Positions 51,109 to 61,086 of a DNA stretch of 64,000 nucleotides are shown one piece after another (the first letter of the stretch is position 1; each line of letters starts with the position of its first letter). The position numbers and the translations under genes were made by a program. The notes under the pieces are model-generated. The model was not told the origin of the DNA and did not search any database. It was given only the letters and a program-made list of their open reading frames with translations. Source of the DNA: an uncultured Candidatus Saccharibacteria bacterium (GTDB taxonomy: Bacteria > Patescibacteriota > Minisyncoccia > Phycocordibacterales > PALSA-1337); assembly GCA_964470105.1 (NCBI GenBank), contig CAYXZI010000001.1, forward strand, positions 37,521 to 101,520. Direction: 5' to 3'.

Positions 51109-51881
51109 ATTGAAAAATCGATTACATTGATTCCAAAAAACAAGACTAGATACATACCAATAATTAAATATGGACCGAATGGTATTTCATACCGAGCTTT
51201 CATCTTTCTAAAGATTATATACATCCAGATTACACTAAAAACTGCACCTATCCAGAATGCTAAAGTTACGGCAGATACGCCTCCAGAAAGACCTAATATC
51301 CACCCTATACCCAAAACGAGCTTTGCATCACCAAGCCCCATCCATTCACCCTTCGACACAAGCCATAGTAGAAAGAAAGGTAGTGCTATTATTGGACCTG
51401 ATAGTAAATCTAAAATCTTTGGTAAAACAAAAGTTAATTCTGGGCTAAGAAATAGCTTAGCTAGAGCGAGAAGAGCGAATGTGTACACAAATGAATCCGG
51501 AATGATTTTATGTTTAACGTCATATATTGTAATAACAAGAAGTATTCCAGTGATTAATATATAGAATAAAGTATCTACTGCCATAGCTACTGACAACGGT
51601 GGAAAGAAATAGAAGATCAGAACAAAAAGTATACCGGCAATACACTCAATGACTGGATACTGCCAAGATATTCTACTCTTACACTTCTTACACTCCCCAC
51701 CTTGTAAAATAAAACTAAGTACGGGAAGTAATTCATGCCATTCCAAATTCTTTCCACATGAGAAGCATTTTGATCTCCCTCTTAGGGTCATCCCTGTGTT
51801 GTACCTCAACGCAACAACATTTAAAAAACTACCAATTATGGTTCCGAGTATGAATGAAAAAATTAAAAAAGTACTTTGCAT
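51105..51881 (-). CDS. pilD: Prepilin peptidase
   Basis: GSFLNVV..R, RS.C..C, C..C, D.K..IIPD, MGLGD.KL, IPFGPY. Confidence 0.95.
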   Translation of the reverse strand: MQSTFLIFSFILGTIIGSFLNVVALRYNTGMTLRGRSKCFSCGKNLEWHELLPVLSFILQGGECKKCKSRISWQYPVIECIAGILFVLIFYFFPPLSVAMAVDTLFYILITGILLVITIYDVKHKIIPDSFVYTFALLALAKLFLSPELTFVLPKILDLLSGPIIALPFFLLWLVSKGEWMGLGDAKLVLGIGWILGLSGGVSAVTLAFWIGAVFSVIWMYIIFRKMKARYEIPFGPYLIIGMYLVLFFGINVIDFSI

Positions 51882-52352
51882 CTATTTTGGTTGAACACAA
51901 TAGTAAAAGTTTGGAGAAACATCATCACAGTATCCACTTGCCTGACCGAGTGGAGCCCCATCAACATCATCTGTTAACACAGAAGGGTTCGGATTTTCGA
52001 GTTTAGCACGCAATACATAGTCTGTTGCATTTGATGATGGAGATGCAACATAGGCATAAGCAGTACCACTATCTGTTGGAACAACCGACATAAAAGTACC
52101 CAGAGTGACTCCCGTACATACAGATGTACTTGTTGTTAGGACTCCTGAAGCAGGATAATTATTACACTTATCAAAAGCTTGCTCTAGAGCTAACTGAATT
52201 TGAGATAGATCAGACACCCTCTTTGCATCTCTTGATTTAGACTTTGCTGTAAAGAAGTTAGCTGACAATACTGCTGTAAGTATTCCTATTATAGCTACTA
52301 CTACTAGTAATTCTATTAAAGTAAAACCTTTATTAAAAAGTATTTTTTTCAT
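51882..52352 (-). CDS. Type IV major pilin / GspG-like protein
   Basis: KGFTLIELLVVVAIIGIL, RDAKR.SDL.QIQ.ALE. Confidence 0.92.
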   Translation of the reverse strand: MKKILFNKGFTLIELLVVVAIIGILTAVLSANFFTAKSKSRDAKRVSDLSQIQLALEQAFDKCNNYPASGVLTTSTSVCTGVTLGTFMSVVPTDSGTAYAYVASPSSNATDYVLRAKLENPNPSVLTDDVDGAPLGQASGYCDDVSPNFYYCVQPK

Positions 52353-52379
52353 TAGGCTAATTATAGCCTATATACGTAT

Positions 52380-52431
52380 AAAAACGAATCCCCAGCGCGA
52401 CACCTTTCTGTCAGGTGTCCACGCTGGGGAA
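52380..52431 (-). terminator. Strong intrinsic terminator
   Basis: CCCCAGCG..GACACCT-loop-AGGTGTC..CGCTGGGG followed by a T-tract on the minus strand. Confidence 0.85.
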
Positions 52432-52444
52432 ATAAGGGCGTTTT

Positions 52445-52693
52445 TCAGCCCGTGACCTCGTATACCGCCCGGAGGTCCTTCTCAACTAGAGCCCTCAATT
52501 CACCCCTGGAGGAGCACACGTACTCCTTCTTGATACCCTCGGGCCAGGCCAAGGTGGCCTTGGTACCTCGAGGCACCGAACCCTCGACTACCGAGTTGAT
52601 CATCTTGTCGAAGACTCGATTTGAGACCTTCTTCTTCCCAAGCGTCGTGGGGGCGACGCTGGAAGCATCCATTACTGCGGCGAAGTGAGACAT
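52445..52693 (-). CDS. GC-rich orphan small protein
   Basis: 82-aa ORF between a promoter/hairpin leader and a terminator. Confidence 0.7.
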   Translation of the reverse strand: MSHFAAVMDASSVAPTTLGKKKVSNRVFDKMINSVVEGSVPRGTKATLAWPEGIKKEYVCSSRGELRALVEKDLRAVYEVTG

Positions 52694-52770
52694 AACACTA
52701 TATTAACCATCATTGAGTAAAAGATGAGCAACTACTGGAGCCATAAACCAGCAGCTTCATCCGGATAATA

Positions 52771-52798
52771 ATAGTACAACTTTAAATACTGCTGTCAA
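52771..52798 (-). promoter_or_regulatory. Consensus sigma70 promoter
   Basis: TTGACA-16 nt-TACTAT. Confidence 0.75.
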
Positions 52799-53939
52799 GC
52801 TTTTTATCAACATCATTTAGAGCTTCTCTTGTATATACATTAGAAGCACTCCATAACATCCAACTATTCAATCCTGAATCATATGTAGCTTGTATCTGTG
52901 CCCTTACCATCTCTGGAGTATATTCAACACGACCAATACTAAAATCCTGTAACCAAGGTCTCAATTTGAGTGGAGATGTACTAGCCATATTTGCCTTCTT
53001 TACTCCACCATCCATTACATACTTAATTACTTCGTATGGTTTATTTGCTGGATCAGCATATCCCAGAAAAGTCGGAGGATAGTGTGACGGATAGACCATA
53101 GGCGCAACATAGTCAAAATGCATTAAAGCATTACCGAGTATCTGTCCTATTCCCAAATCATCATTGTTGGTTGTAGTCATACCAAAAAGATCTGCTGATA
53201 TCGGAATATTCTTTTTATGAAAAGTTTCATCTAGATGTGCAAAAAATTCTTTTAATGCATCAGATTTTACCTTACCCTGACTAAATGGAAATGCTATATC
53301 TAGCATATTACCATCTGAAGGAAAGCGGATGTAGTCAAAATTTAATTCATCAAACCCATTAGCGTATGATTCATCTCCGATGAGCACAAGATAGTCCCAG
53401 ACTGGCTTAGCACCCACATCAAGCCAACTTATACCCTTTCTGTCCTTCCACACCTTACCTGCTTTATCAGTTACAGCATATTCAGGTTTTGTTTTAACGA
53501 GATATGAATCTTGGAAACAGGAGATTCTACCTATCACATATATACCTTTCTCATGTAATTCACCAATGAATTCTTTTATGTCAGATATTCTATTCTCACC
53601 TGAACCAAACTTCTTTAGCTTTTCATTATCTGGTATGTAACTTATTCGACCTGTATAGTCTTTAATATCTATAACAACAGAATTTATTTCAGTTTCATCA
53701 ATTATCTTTACCAGCTTCTCCCTTAATTTCTTGCTTCCTGCAACCCAACTAGACATATATATAGCCTTTACTGAGTCTGGGGTTTTTATATGAGTAACTG
53801 CAAACGGAGTTGGTATTACAATTGATGCTCCCGCCACATAATCTGTTTTATATGACTCATATTGAAATGGGTATATGTATGCCCCAACAAGCACAGTGAT
53901 GGATAATAGTATTGAGAATGAATATATATAGATTCTCAT
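52782..53939 (-). CDS. Putative glycoside hydrolase (DUF4015-like)
   Basis: VKAIYMS, NSVVIDIKD..G, GFDELNFDYIRFP, PMVYPSHY, RPWLQDF. Confidence 0.85.
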   Translation of the reverse strand: MRIYIYSFSILLSITVLVGAYIYPFQYESYKTDYVAGASIVIPTPFAVTHIKTPDSVKAIYMSSWVAGSKKLREKLVKIIDETEINSVVIDIKDYTGRISYIPDNEKLKKFGSGENRISDIKEFIGELHEKGIYVIGRISCFQDSYLVKTKPEYAVTDKAGKVWKDRKGISWLDVGAKPVWDYLVLIGDESYANGFDELNFDYIRFPSDGNMLDIAFPFSQGKVKSDALKEFFAHLDETFHKKNIPISADLFGMTTTNNDDLGIGQILGNALMHFDYVAPMVYPSHYPPTFLGYADPANKPYEVIKYVMDGGVKKANMASTSPLKLRPWLQDFSIGRVEYTPEMVRAQIQATYDSGLNSWMLWSASNVYTREALNDVDKKLDSSI

Positions 53940-54151
53940 CAGATATGTGATGAATGGTTATTATTTTCGGTAAAAACAGAATTTGTACTTTGTTGATCAG
54001 ACCTCTTTTCATGCGGAAGGTTGTATGAAATAACGATAACCAGGAGACCAGAAGCAACGGCAATAACCTCATGCCAAGGATATGGTAATCCCAAGAACAT
54101 GAATAACATTATCCAAACACCGATTATACAAAGCCATTGTCGTTTTGACAT
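53939..54151 (-). CDS. Small two-TM hypothetical protein
   Basis: G.W....FLG.P..W pattern; -10 box upstream. Confidence 0.7.
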   Translation of the reverse strand: MSKRQWLCIIGVWIMLFMFLGLPYPWHEVIAVASGLLVIVISYNLPHEKRSDQQSTNSVFTENNNHSSHI

Positions 54152-54174
54152 ATGGACACATTATACTGGTTTTG

Positions 54175-54843
54175 CTATTTGGATACAATAACAACAAACT
54201 CCCCTTTTTGTTTTTCTGGAGTTTCTGTAAGAATTTTTAATATTTCTGTAGCACTACCCTGTAATACCTCTTCATATATTTTAGTGATTTCTCTAACAAC
54301 AGTTACTTTCTTTTCAATTTTTGTTAATGATTCAAGAGTTTTTAAAATTCTATGTGTTGATTCATAAAAAACAATTGTTCTTTCTGATTGTGCAATTTCT
54401 TTAAAAATTGTTTCTCTACCCTTTTTATGTGGCATAAATCCTAGAAATATAAATTCATGTGTTGGCACACCAGCAATTGAAAGTGCGGCAGTCAGAGCAG
54501 ATGGTCCTGGAATAGCAATAATTGAAAGGTCTGGATACTTTTCTCTAATAACCGAGATTAGTAGAGATCCTGGATCTGATATTCCTGGAGTACCTGCATC
54601 AGTAACTAGTGCAATGTTTTTACCTTCTTCTATCTTTTCTAGTATTAACTCTACTTTTGCCTCGCCGCTTTGAGCATGATAACTCATCATAGGCGTAGAT
54701 ATACTATGTTTTTCGAATATTCTCTTGGTTACTCTGGTGTCCTCGCATAGCACAATATCAACCTCTTTTAGTATACGAAGTGCCCTAAGAGTTATATCCT
54801 CTAGATTACCTATAGGTGTTGAAATTACATAAAAAGTAGACAT
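54175..54843 (-). CDS. rsmI: 16S rRNA C1402 2'-O-methyltransferase
   Basis: TPIGNLEDITLRA, EDTR, DAGTPGISDPG, REITKIYEE. Confidence 0.96.
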   Translation of the reverse strand: MSTFYVISTPIGNLEDITLRALRILKEVDIVLCEDTRVTKRIFEKHSISTPMMSYHAQSGEAKVELILEKIEEGKNIALVTDAGTPGISDPGSLLISVIREKYPDLSIIAIPGPSALTAALSIAGVPTHEFIFLGFMPHKKGRETIFKEIAQSERTIVFYESTHRILKTLESLTKIEKKVTVVREITKIYEEVLQGSATEILKILTETPEKQKGEFVVIVSK

Positions 54844-54870
54844 AAGGATATAATATACTACACTATCTAT

Positions 54871-56058
54871 ATGGCAAGCGTAACACAAAATATTGTATAT
54901 GTAGCAAGAGATATTGAACGAGCTCTGGGTATCAAACCTGTAAATAACTACTACATCATAACTAACAAGACCAAATACTCACTTGAGATACAGAAACAGT
55001 ATCCCGACAATGTTTTTATCATTGATTCACCAAACACATTAGATACGTACGAGTTAATGTTACAAGAGAGTGTTTCTAGTCTTATTGAAAAACTTCATGC
55101 AAATATTATAGTTTTTAAAAATACAATTCATATTGAGGCATTATGTAAAGAAAAAAAATGGAAGCTATTAAATCCGAGTGCTGAACTATCAGAAATAGTG
55201 GAGAACAAGATTTCTCAAAGTGAATGGCTTGATGAACTATCTTCTCTTCTACCTTCACACAAAATACAGACGGTTGAAAATATTGCATGGGATAAAGAGG
55301 TATTTATCATACAGTGGTCACATGGTCATACTGGAGATGGCACAATTTTAGTTCAAAATGAAAATACCTTATCAGATCTTAAGAAAAAATTTCCTCACCG
55401 AGAATGTAAAGTCACAAAGTATATTAAAGGACCGATGTTCACTATAAATATAGTAGTGACCGAAACAGTAATACTACTTGGAAATATTAGCTACCAGATA
55501 ACAGGAATACTCCCCTTTACCGAGAATGCATTTAGTACAATTGGTAACGATTGGAGTGTTCCATATAGCATATTAACAGAAAGACACATTGTTGATTTCA
55601 ACAGTATAGCTGAAAAAGTTGCTCAAAAAATGCAGAAATCTGGTTGGCGAGGACTATTTGGCATTGACGTTATATACGATGAAGAGAGAGATGAATTACA
55701 CCTAATTGAGATCAATGCTAGACAGCCAGCATCAGTGACATATGAATCTGAGCTACAGACAAATATGGGCATGGAAGGATTAAATACCTTTGAAGCACAT
55801 ATAATGGTCCTGAGTAATATAAAAATTAATTCTTCTCTAATACCAATTAATGATGGTGCGCAAATACTGCAAAGAGTAACTACTATTACTAAAGTAATTG
55901 ATCCCAAAAAACTAATCGATGCTGGGTATAAAGTAATTCAGTACTCAAATAACAAATTAAATTCTGATCTAGCTAGAATTCAAAGTAATAAAGGTATTAT
56001 GGAGGCTCATAATAAATTCAATGTGAGAGGAAAGGAAATATTAGATCTAATTATCTAA
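54871..56058 (+). CDS. ATP-grasp domain protein
   Basis: ENK, GHTG.GT, YI.G, G.RGLFGID, LIEINAR. Confidence 0.85.
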   Translation: MASVTQNIVYVARDIERALGIKPVNNYYIITNKTKYSLEIQKQYPDNVFIIDSPNTLDTYELMLQESVSSLIEKLHANIIVFKNTIHIEALCKEKKWKLLNPSAELSEIVENKISQSEWLDELSSLLPSHKIQTVENIAWDKEVFIIQWSHGHTGDGTILVQNENTLSDLKKKFPHRECKVTKYIKGPMFTINIVVTETVILLGNISYQITGILPFTENAFSTIGNDWSVPYSILTERHIVDFNSIAEKVAQKMQKSGWRGLFGIDVIYDEERDELHLIEINARQPASVTYESELQTNMGMEGLNTFEAHIMVLSNIKINSSLIPINDGAQILQRVTTITKVIDPKKLIDAGYKVIQYSNNKLNSDLARIQSNKGIMEAHNKFNVRGKEILDLII

Positions 56059-56804
56059 AACCATTTTAATCTCCTTATCTCTGTTTTTGATTTTGCTGCC
56101 CTAGTAAAGGTGTAATTTCCTTCATTAGTCATTTCATTTTCAGTCCATCTTTGGTCAATAAGAGTTCTATTGGTATCAGTAATTTCAATCTTTCCTTCGT
56201 GAATACCATGTCCATATTCACCATCTGTAGGCCATGCCACGGCATGCACGTAGTGAATCATGATCGGTACAAGATTCTGATATTCAACCTGATGTATTAC
56301 CAATATATGATCTCTTTCACCATCCTCCGTACCACCAACCATAGTTATCATATCGCCAACCTGTACATCTATTATTTGTATTAATCTACTATTAGTATCG
56401 TGTGCAAAGGTTTTTACATTAGTATTATTTATTGGTCTAAACTTAGATCTTATCTTACCCAATATTCCAATTGCATATGGAAAATGAAGATGGCGATCAA
56501 GAGTACCTTTTTTTAGATATTGACTCTCTTCATTAAGAACATAATATGCGAAGCCAGAACACTCAATACCAATATCATTTTCTACCATTAATTTCTTAAT
56601 ACTATTTTTATCTAGGGATTCAAACTTAATCTTTTCAGCGAAAGCTATTTCCTTTATCTCATCATATATTTCCTTTGGACTCCCCTTACCAGTTTGAACA
56701 AGCAAACCTGCTCGCCTTCCTCTATGCCTATTATTGTAATATGGCACATCTTTATACTGCTCAATTATTGCTAGTGCTCTATCAGAAATACGTTTTGTAT
56801 TCAT
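56055..56804 (-). CDS. NlpC/P60-like Cys hydrolase (putative)
   Basis: VPY, GIECSGFAY, GDMI, DHILV, YVHA fit a Cys-His-His triad pattern. Confidence 0.6.
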   Translation of the reverse strand: MNTKRISDRALAIIEQYKDVPYYNNRHRGRRAGLLVQTGKGSPKEIYDEIKEIAFAEKIKFESLDKNSIKKLMVENDIGIECSGFAYYVLNEESQYLKKGTLDRHLHFPYAIGILGKIRSKFRPINNTNVKTFAHDTNSRLIQIIDVQVGDMITMVGGTEDGERDHILVIHQVEYQNLVPIMIHYVHAVAWPTDGEYGHGIHEGKIEITDTNRTLIDQRWTENEMTNEGNYTFTRAAKSKTEIRRLKWF

Positions 56805-56849
56805 ATATTAAGATTAACATATAAGCCATTTTATGCTAATCTGGTTGAT

Positions 56850-57977
56850 ATGATAAGTATATTGGAAGGCACAGCCGATTTAGCTTTTATACTTGGTTTT
56901 ACCCTACTTTCCTTCTTTGTAGCCTTTATATGGTCTCCAGCTTTAATTTGGGCACTTTATAGATTCCAAATATTCAAAGGGCAGAAAAAGGAACTCGAAA
57001 ATATAAGCTCACAACGTGGAAAGGATCGAACCCCTGTGATGGGTGGGTTACTAGTCATTGTAACTGTGGTAGTCATAACCTTCTTCTTTAACTGGTCTAG
57101 AAGCTACACGTGGGTTCCGATTGGAGTTACACTTCTTTCCGCTCTATTGGGTGCCATAGATGACCTATTAAATATATTTGGTGTTGAAAGAAGATCAAGA
57201 AAACTTAAGCAGATTATAACCCTAATCCGTGTTCATAAGGAATTCAAGATGAGATTATGGTATTTAATTACTTTACCATGGTCTGTCTTTAAAAGAATTT
57301 CTGTATGGATTGGTTCTAGAACAAATAAAGGTATACATGTTCACGAAAAGCTAGTTTTGCAGTTTGCTGCTGGATCTATAACGGCTTGGTGGATATATGA
57401 TAAATTAGGTAGTGCATGGCACTATATATATTTACCATTTAACTACGATATATATTTAGGTTGGTTAATTATTCCTTTTATCATTCTCGTCGTCATGTTT
57501 ACTGCTAATGCAGTAAACATAGCAGATGGTATGGATGGTCTAGCTGGTGGAATGCTCATATCATCATTTAGTGCCTTAACACTTTTAAGTTGGATAAATG
57601 GTTTTGGAGAAATAGCCATACTAAACGCAACAACTGTTGGAGCACTAGTTACATATACATATTTTAATATTAAACCGGCTAGATTTATGATGGGAGATGT
57701 GGGATCTCTCGGTTTAGGCGCACTATTTGCTGTTAATACCGTAGCAATTGGTGAAATAGGATCTATATTCTTTCTAGGTTTTGTATTTTACATAGAGGCG
57801 TTAAGTGTTCTAGTACAAATTGCTGGTAAATACACTCTCGGTAGAAAGATATTTAAAATGGCACCAATACATCACCATTTTGAGATTCAAGGTTGGAGTG
57901 AGGAGAAAACAATAATGCGTTTTTGGATAATACACTTTGTGTTTGTTGTGTTTGGTATCTGGCTATCACTTCATTAA
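56850..57977 (+). CDS. mraY: Phospho-MurNAc-pentapeptide transferase
   Basis: TPVMGG, GAIDD, NAVNIADGMDGLA, FMMGDVGS, MAPIHHHFE. Confidence 0.95.
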   Translation: MISILEGTADLAFILGFTLLSFFVAFIWSPALIWALYRFQIFKGQKKELENISSQRGKDRTPVMGGLLVIVTVVVITFFFNWSRSYTWVPIGVTLLSALLGAIDDLLNIFGVERRSRKLKQIITLIRVHKEFKMRLWYLITLPWSVFKRISVWIGSRTNKGIHVHEKLVLQFAAGSITAWWIYDKLGSAWHYIYLPFNYDIYLGWLIIPFIILVVMFTANAVNIADGMDGLAGGMLISSFSALTLLSWINGFGEIAILNATTVGALVTYTYFNIKPARFMMGDVGSLGLGALFAVNTVAIGEIGSIFFLGFVFYIEALSVLVQIAGKYTLGRKIFKMAPIHHHFEIQGWSEEKTIMRFWIIHFVFVVFGIWLSLH

Positions 57978-57978
57978 T

Positions 57979-58626
57979 ATGGAATACCTACACTGGAAGG
58001 AGGAAAAAATTACCGATGATTCAAGTGAGTCAATATCACGTATGTATGACAATGGTTTTGTATTTACAAGAATCGGCAAGGGGGTAATGCATCAAACTAG
58101 GAGTATACGAATTGATCTATCAGAGTTTGAGATATCAAGCGAGAATAGAAGAATTTTACGTAAGGGAGAAAGTGTGGGATTCACTGAAAACACTATACCG
58201 TATTCTTCATATAAATGGGAAATAGGTAAGATGGCTAAGGATTTTTATGAAGTTAAAGCTGGTGGTGCCTTCACAGCTAATAAGATTAAGGAGCTAGTAA
58301 CAACAGTACATAATTTTAATATGATTTTAAACTTTTCTAATCTTGGATATGTTATATGCTATAAAAATAATGAGATCATTCACTACTGCTACCCATTCTA
58401 TGATCTAGATAAATCACCAAAGGATATGGGTTTGATTATGATGACTAAAATAATTGCAGAAGCCAAAACTCAAGGTCTGAGGTATGTATATCTAGGTTCA
58501 CTACAAAGACCGAGTGATGTATATAAATTACAATTCTCTGGTGTAGAGTGGTTTGATGGTAAAATATGGAAAAAGGATATGGAAGAAGTAAAAACAATAC
58601 TCTCAAATACAGAATCACATGAATAA
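57979..58626 (+). CDS. Arginyl-tRNA-protein transferase (ATE/Bpt)-like protein
   Basis: G..F.R, RS.RI.L..F..S..NRRI.RK, FYD...MG, YVYLG, YK..F. Confidence 0.7.
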   Translation: MEYLHWKEEKITDDSSESISRMYDNGFVFTRIGKGVMHQTRSIRIDLSEFEISSENRRILRKGESVGFTENTIPYSSYKWEIGKMAKDFYEVKAGGAFTANKIKELVTTVHNFNMILNFSNLGYVICYKNNEIIHYCYPFYDLDKSPKDMGLIMMTKIIAEAKTQGLRYVYLGSLQRPSDVYKLQFSGVEWFDGKIWKKDMEEVKTILSNTESHE

Positions 58627-59992
58627 CAATAGACATATTCATATTATCGGTATATGCGGCGTAGCAACCAGTGCAATCGCAATTGCTTTTAAAAAAGCTG
58701 GGTATATTGTGACTGGTTCTGATAAGGGATTCTTCCCTCCCATTTCAGACGAATTAGAGAAACATGGTATATCATTCTATGCAGGTTGGCATCCAGAACA
58801 GATGGGTAATCCCGATATTGTAATGACTGGAGGTAGCGGTACAAGCCCAAACAATCCAGAGACTGTATATGCGAAAGAAAGAGGCATAAGTGTCTATGAT
58901 TATCCTCAATTAATACAGAAGTATTTTATTAAGGAGAACTCTATTGTTGTCGTGGGTACATGGGGAAAAACAACTATATCCTCCCTGCTATCATTTATAT
59001 TACTAGATAACAATATGAATCCTTCATATTTCACTGGTGGTTTATCTCTATCACATGATTCAGGAGCCATATCAGATTCAAAGTGGAGCATTGTTGAAGG
59101 AGATGAGTATCAGGTGTCCATAAGCGATAAGAGACCAAAATTTGTATACTATTCCCCAACTCACCTTCTACTGACTTCAGTTTCTTGGGATCATGCTGAC
59201 CTTTACCCCACAGAGGAAATATACTTTGATACTTTCAAGAAGTTAATTAGTGATATTCCAGAACATGGAACTATTGTGGCAAATATTGATAACGATGGAG
59301 TTAAAAAGATTGTCGATAAAGCAATAACATATGGTAAGAGTAATGCAGACTATGTATATAGTAATGTGGAGCAAAATGAAAACGGATTAAAATTTGAAAT
59401 TACTAGTGAGGGGAGAATATATAATATAACCTCAAAACTATTAGGGGTATTCCAAGCAGAAAATATAACTGGGGCTTTCGCTATGGCAAAAAGTATTGGT
59501 CTAGATCCAAAGCAGATCATTAATTCCATTTCAAAATTTCAAGGAATGAAGAGAAGGTTGGAGAAGAGATTCGATGGTGATATAAAAGTTTTTGATGATA
59601 TTGCTCATTCTGGTGAAAAAGCCAATGCAGTACTTAAAAATCTTAGATCAATATACAAAGGAAAAATTGTGGCAATATTTGAACCAAATATTGGAGGAAG
59701 AGAGAGAAATTCCAAAAAATTATATGATAACGCTTTTAATAGTGCTGATTATGTAATAATACCTAGACTTACAAAACTTAAAATTGATAGTGGGAAAGAT
59801 ACTCAGCCCATCGATGGTAATGAACTAGCTAATTTTATATCTAACACAAATAAAAATACTGTATGTATTGAGGACGACAGTGAACTTGTTAAAAGCATTT
59901 TGAATAAGACAAATAAGGGCGATATTATCGTCTTTCTTGGTTCACACGGTTTTAGAGGAATGATTGAGGAGGTAATTTCTAAACTTAAATAA
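58619..59992 (+). CDS. Mur ligase, MurC/Mpl-like
   Basis: HIIGICG, GSD, GTWGKTT, EGDEY, DHAD, G.KRR.E, DDIAH. Confidence 0.88.
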   Translation: MNNNRHIHIIGICGVATSAIAIAFKKAGYIVTGSDKGFFPPISDELEKHGISFYAGWHPEQMGNPDIVMTGGSGTSPNNPETVYAKERGISVYDYPQLIQKYFIKENSIVVVGTWGKTTISSLLSFILLDNNMNPSYFTGGLSLSHDSGAISDSKWSIVEGDEYQVSISDKRPKFVYYSPTHLLLTSVSWDHADLYPTEEIYFDTFKKLISDIPEHGTIVANIDNDGVKKIVDKAITYGKSNADYVYSNVEQNENGLKFEITSEGRIYNITSKLLGVFQAENITGAFAMAKSIGLDPKQIINSISKFQGMKRRLEKRFDGDIKVFDDIAHSGEKANAVLKNLRSIYKGKIVAIFEPNIGGRERNSKKLYDNAFNSADYVIIPRLTKLKIDSGKDTQPIDGNELANFISNTNKNTVCIEDDSELVKSILNKTNKGDIIVFLGSHGFRGMIEEVISKLK

Positions 59993-59993
59993 C

Positions 59994-60158
59994 CTATTTA
60001 CCTTCATCAACTATTTCTGTTTCTACTCCACCTTCTTGTACTTTTTTAATAAGTAGTGTTATTCCACAAAAATTACATTCTATAACCATACCCTCTTTAA
60101 CTGATGGGTAACGTGACAAATCAATCTGATTTTTACATTCTGGACAAGTTGTTTTCAT
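59994..60158 (-). CDS. LysW-like zinc-ribbon protein (54 aa)
   Basis: MKTTCPEC...IECNFCG.. with acidic tail ending EIVDEGK; start at ATG 60158. Confidence 0.7.
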   Translation of the reverse strand: MKTTCPECKNQIDLSRYPSVKEGMVIECNFCGITLLIKKVQEGGVETEIVDEGK

Positions 60159-60210
60159 ATATTGGATAACTGACCTTCTAATACTAACCAAAACGTTGTA
60201 ATATATCAAG

Positions 60211-61086
60211 ATGATAACACGCAATGAAGAGTACCCGAAACTAGCTCAGGCCCTAGAGATGAGTAAACTATTTTTTAAACGTGAAGATCTACACCCATAT
60301 GGTTCACATAAAGGACGATCGATACCTGTGATGATTGATAAATATATTCATGATGGTATCAGACATTTTGCAGTATCATCATCTGGTAATGCCGCATTAG
60401 CTGCCGCTCATTACATTACAAAGATTAATAAGGACAAACAATTAAGCATTACCTTGGATATTCTTGTTGGCCAACATATTACAAAAAAGAAACTTGGTAA
60501 ACTAGAACAATTCAGAGACAATTTGATTAAGGTAACTATGCATGATAGACCTCTTCAAACTCTTTTTAATATAGTTAAAGATCCAACAATTAAGGCTCTG
60601 AGACAGTCAAACGATGACACGGCACTCATTGGATACAAGTCCCTAGGTGAAGAACTACTTGAAATAAAAGATATAGAGGCAGTATTTATTGGTACATCTT
60701 CTGGGACTACCGCCCAGGCATTGGCGGAGTATTTCAAATCAATGAACCGACGCGTAGAAATACATGTTATACAAACATCATCATGTCATAATATTGCATC
60801 TGATTTTGTTGATGATCCATTAATAGAAGAGGTTTCAATTGCTGATGCAATAGTTGATCAAACCGCTCTACGCAAAGATGTGCTAAAGAAACTTATTGAG
60901 GACTGTGGTGGAAGCGGCTGGATAGTATCTAACGAACAAATAGAAGCGGCTAGAGATATGACGTATAAATATACTGATGTTAAAGTTTCTAACAATAGTG
61001 CATTATCTATCGCCGGATTAATGCAGGCTGTGTATACAGGAAAGTCTTGGAATGGTTCAGTTGTTTGTATGATATGTGGAGACTAA
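60211..61086 (+). CDS. PLP-dependent fold-type II enzyme (threonine synthase/dehydratase-like)
   Basis: KRED..P.GSHKGR, SSSGNAA, TSSGTT. Confidence 0.85.
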   Translation: MITRNEEYPKLAQALEMSKLFFKREDLHPYGSHKGRSIPVMIDKYIHDGIRHFAVSSSGNAALAAAHYITKINKDKQLSITLDILVGQHITKKKLGKLEQFRDNLIKVTMHDRPLQTLFNIVKDPTIKALRQSNDDTALIGYKSLGEELLEIKDIEAVFIGTSSGTTAQALAEYFKSMNRRVEIHVIQTSSCHNIASDFVDDPLIEEVSIADAIVDQTALRKDVLKKLIEDCGGSGWIVSNEQIEAARDMTYKYTDVKVSNNSALSIAGLMQAVYTGKSWNGSVVCMICGD

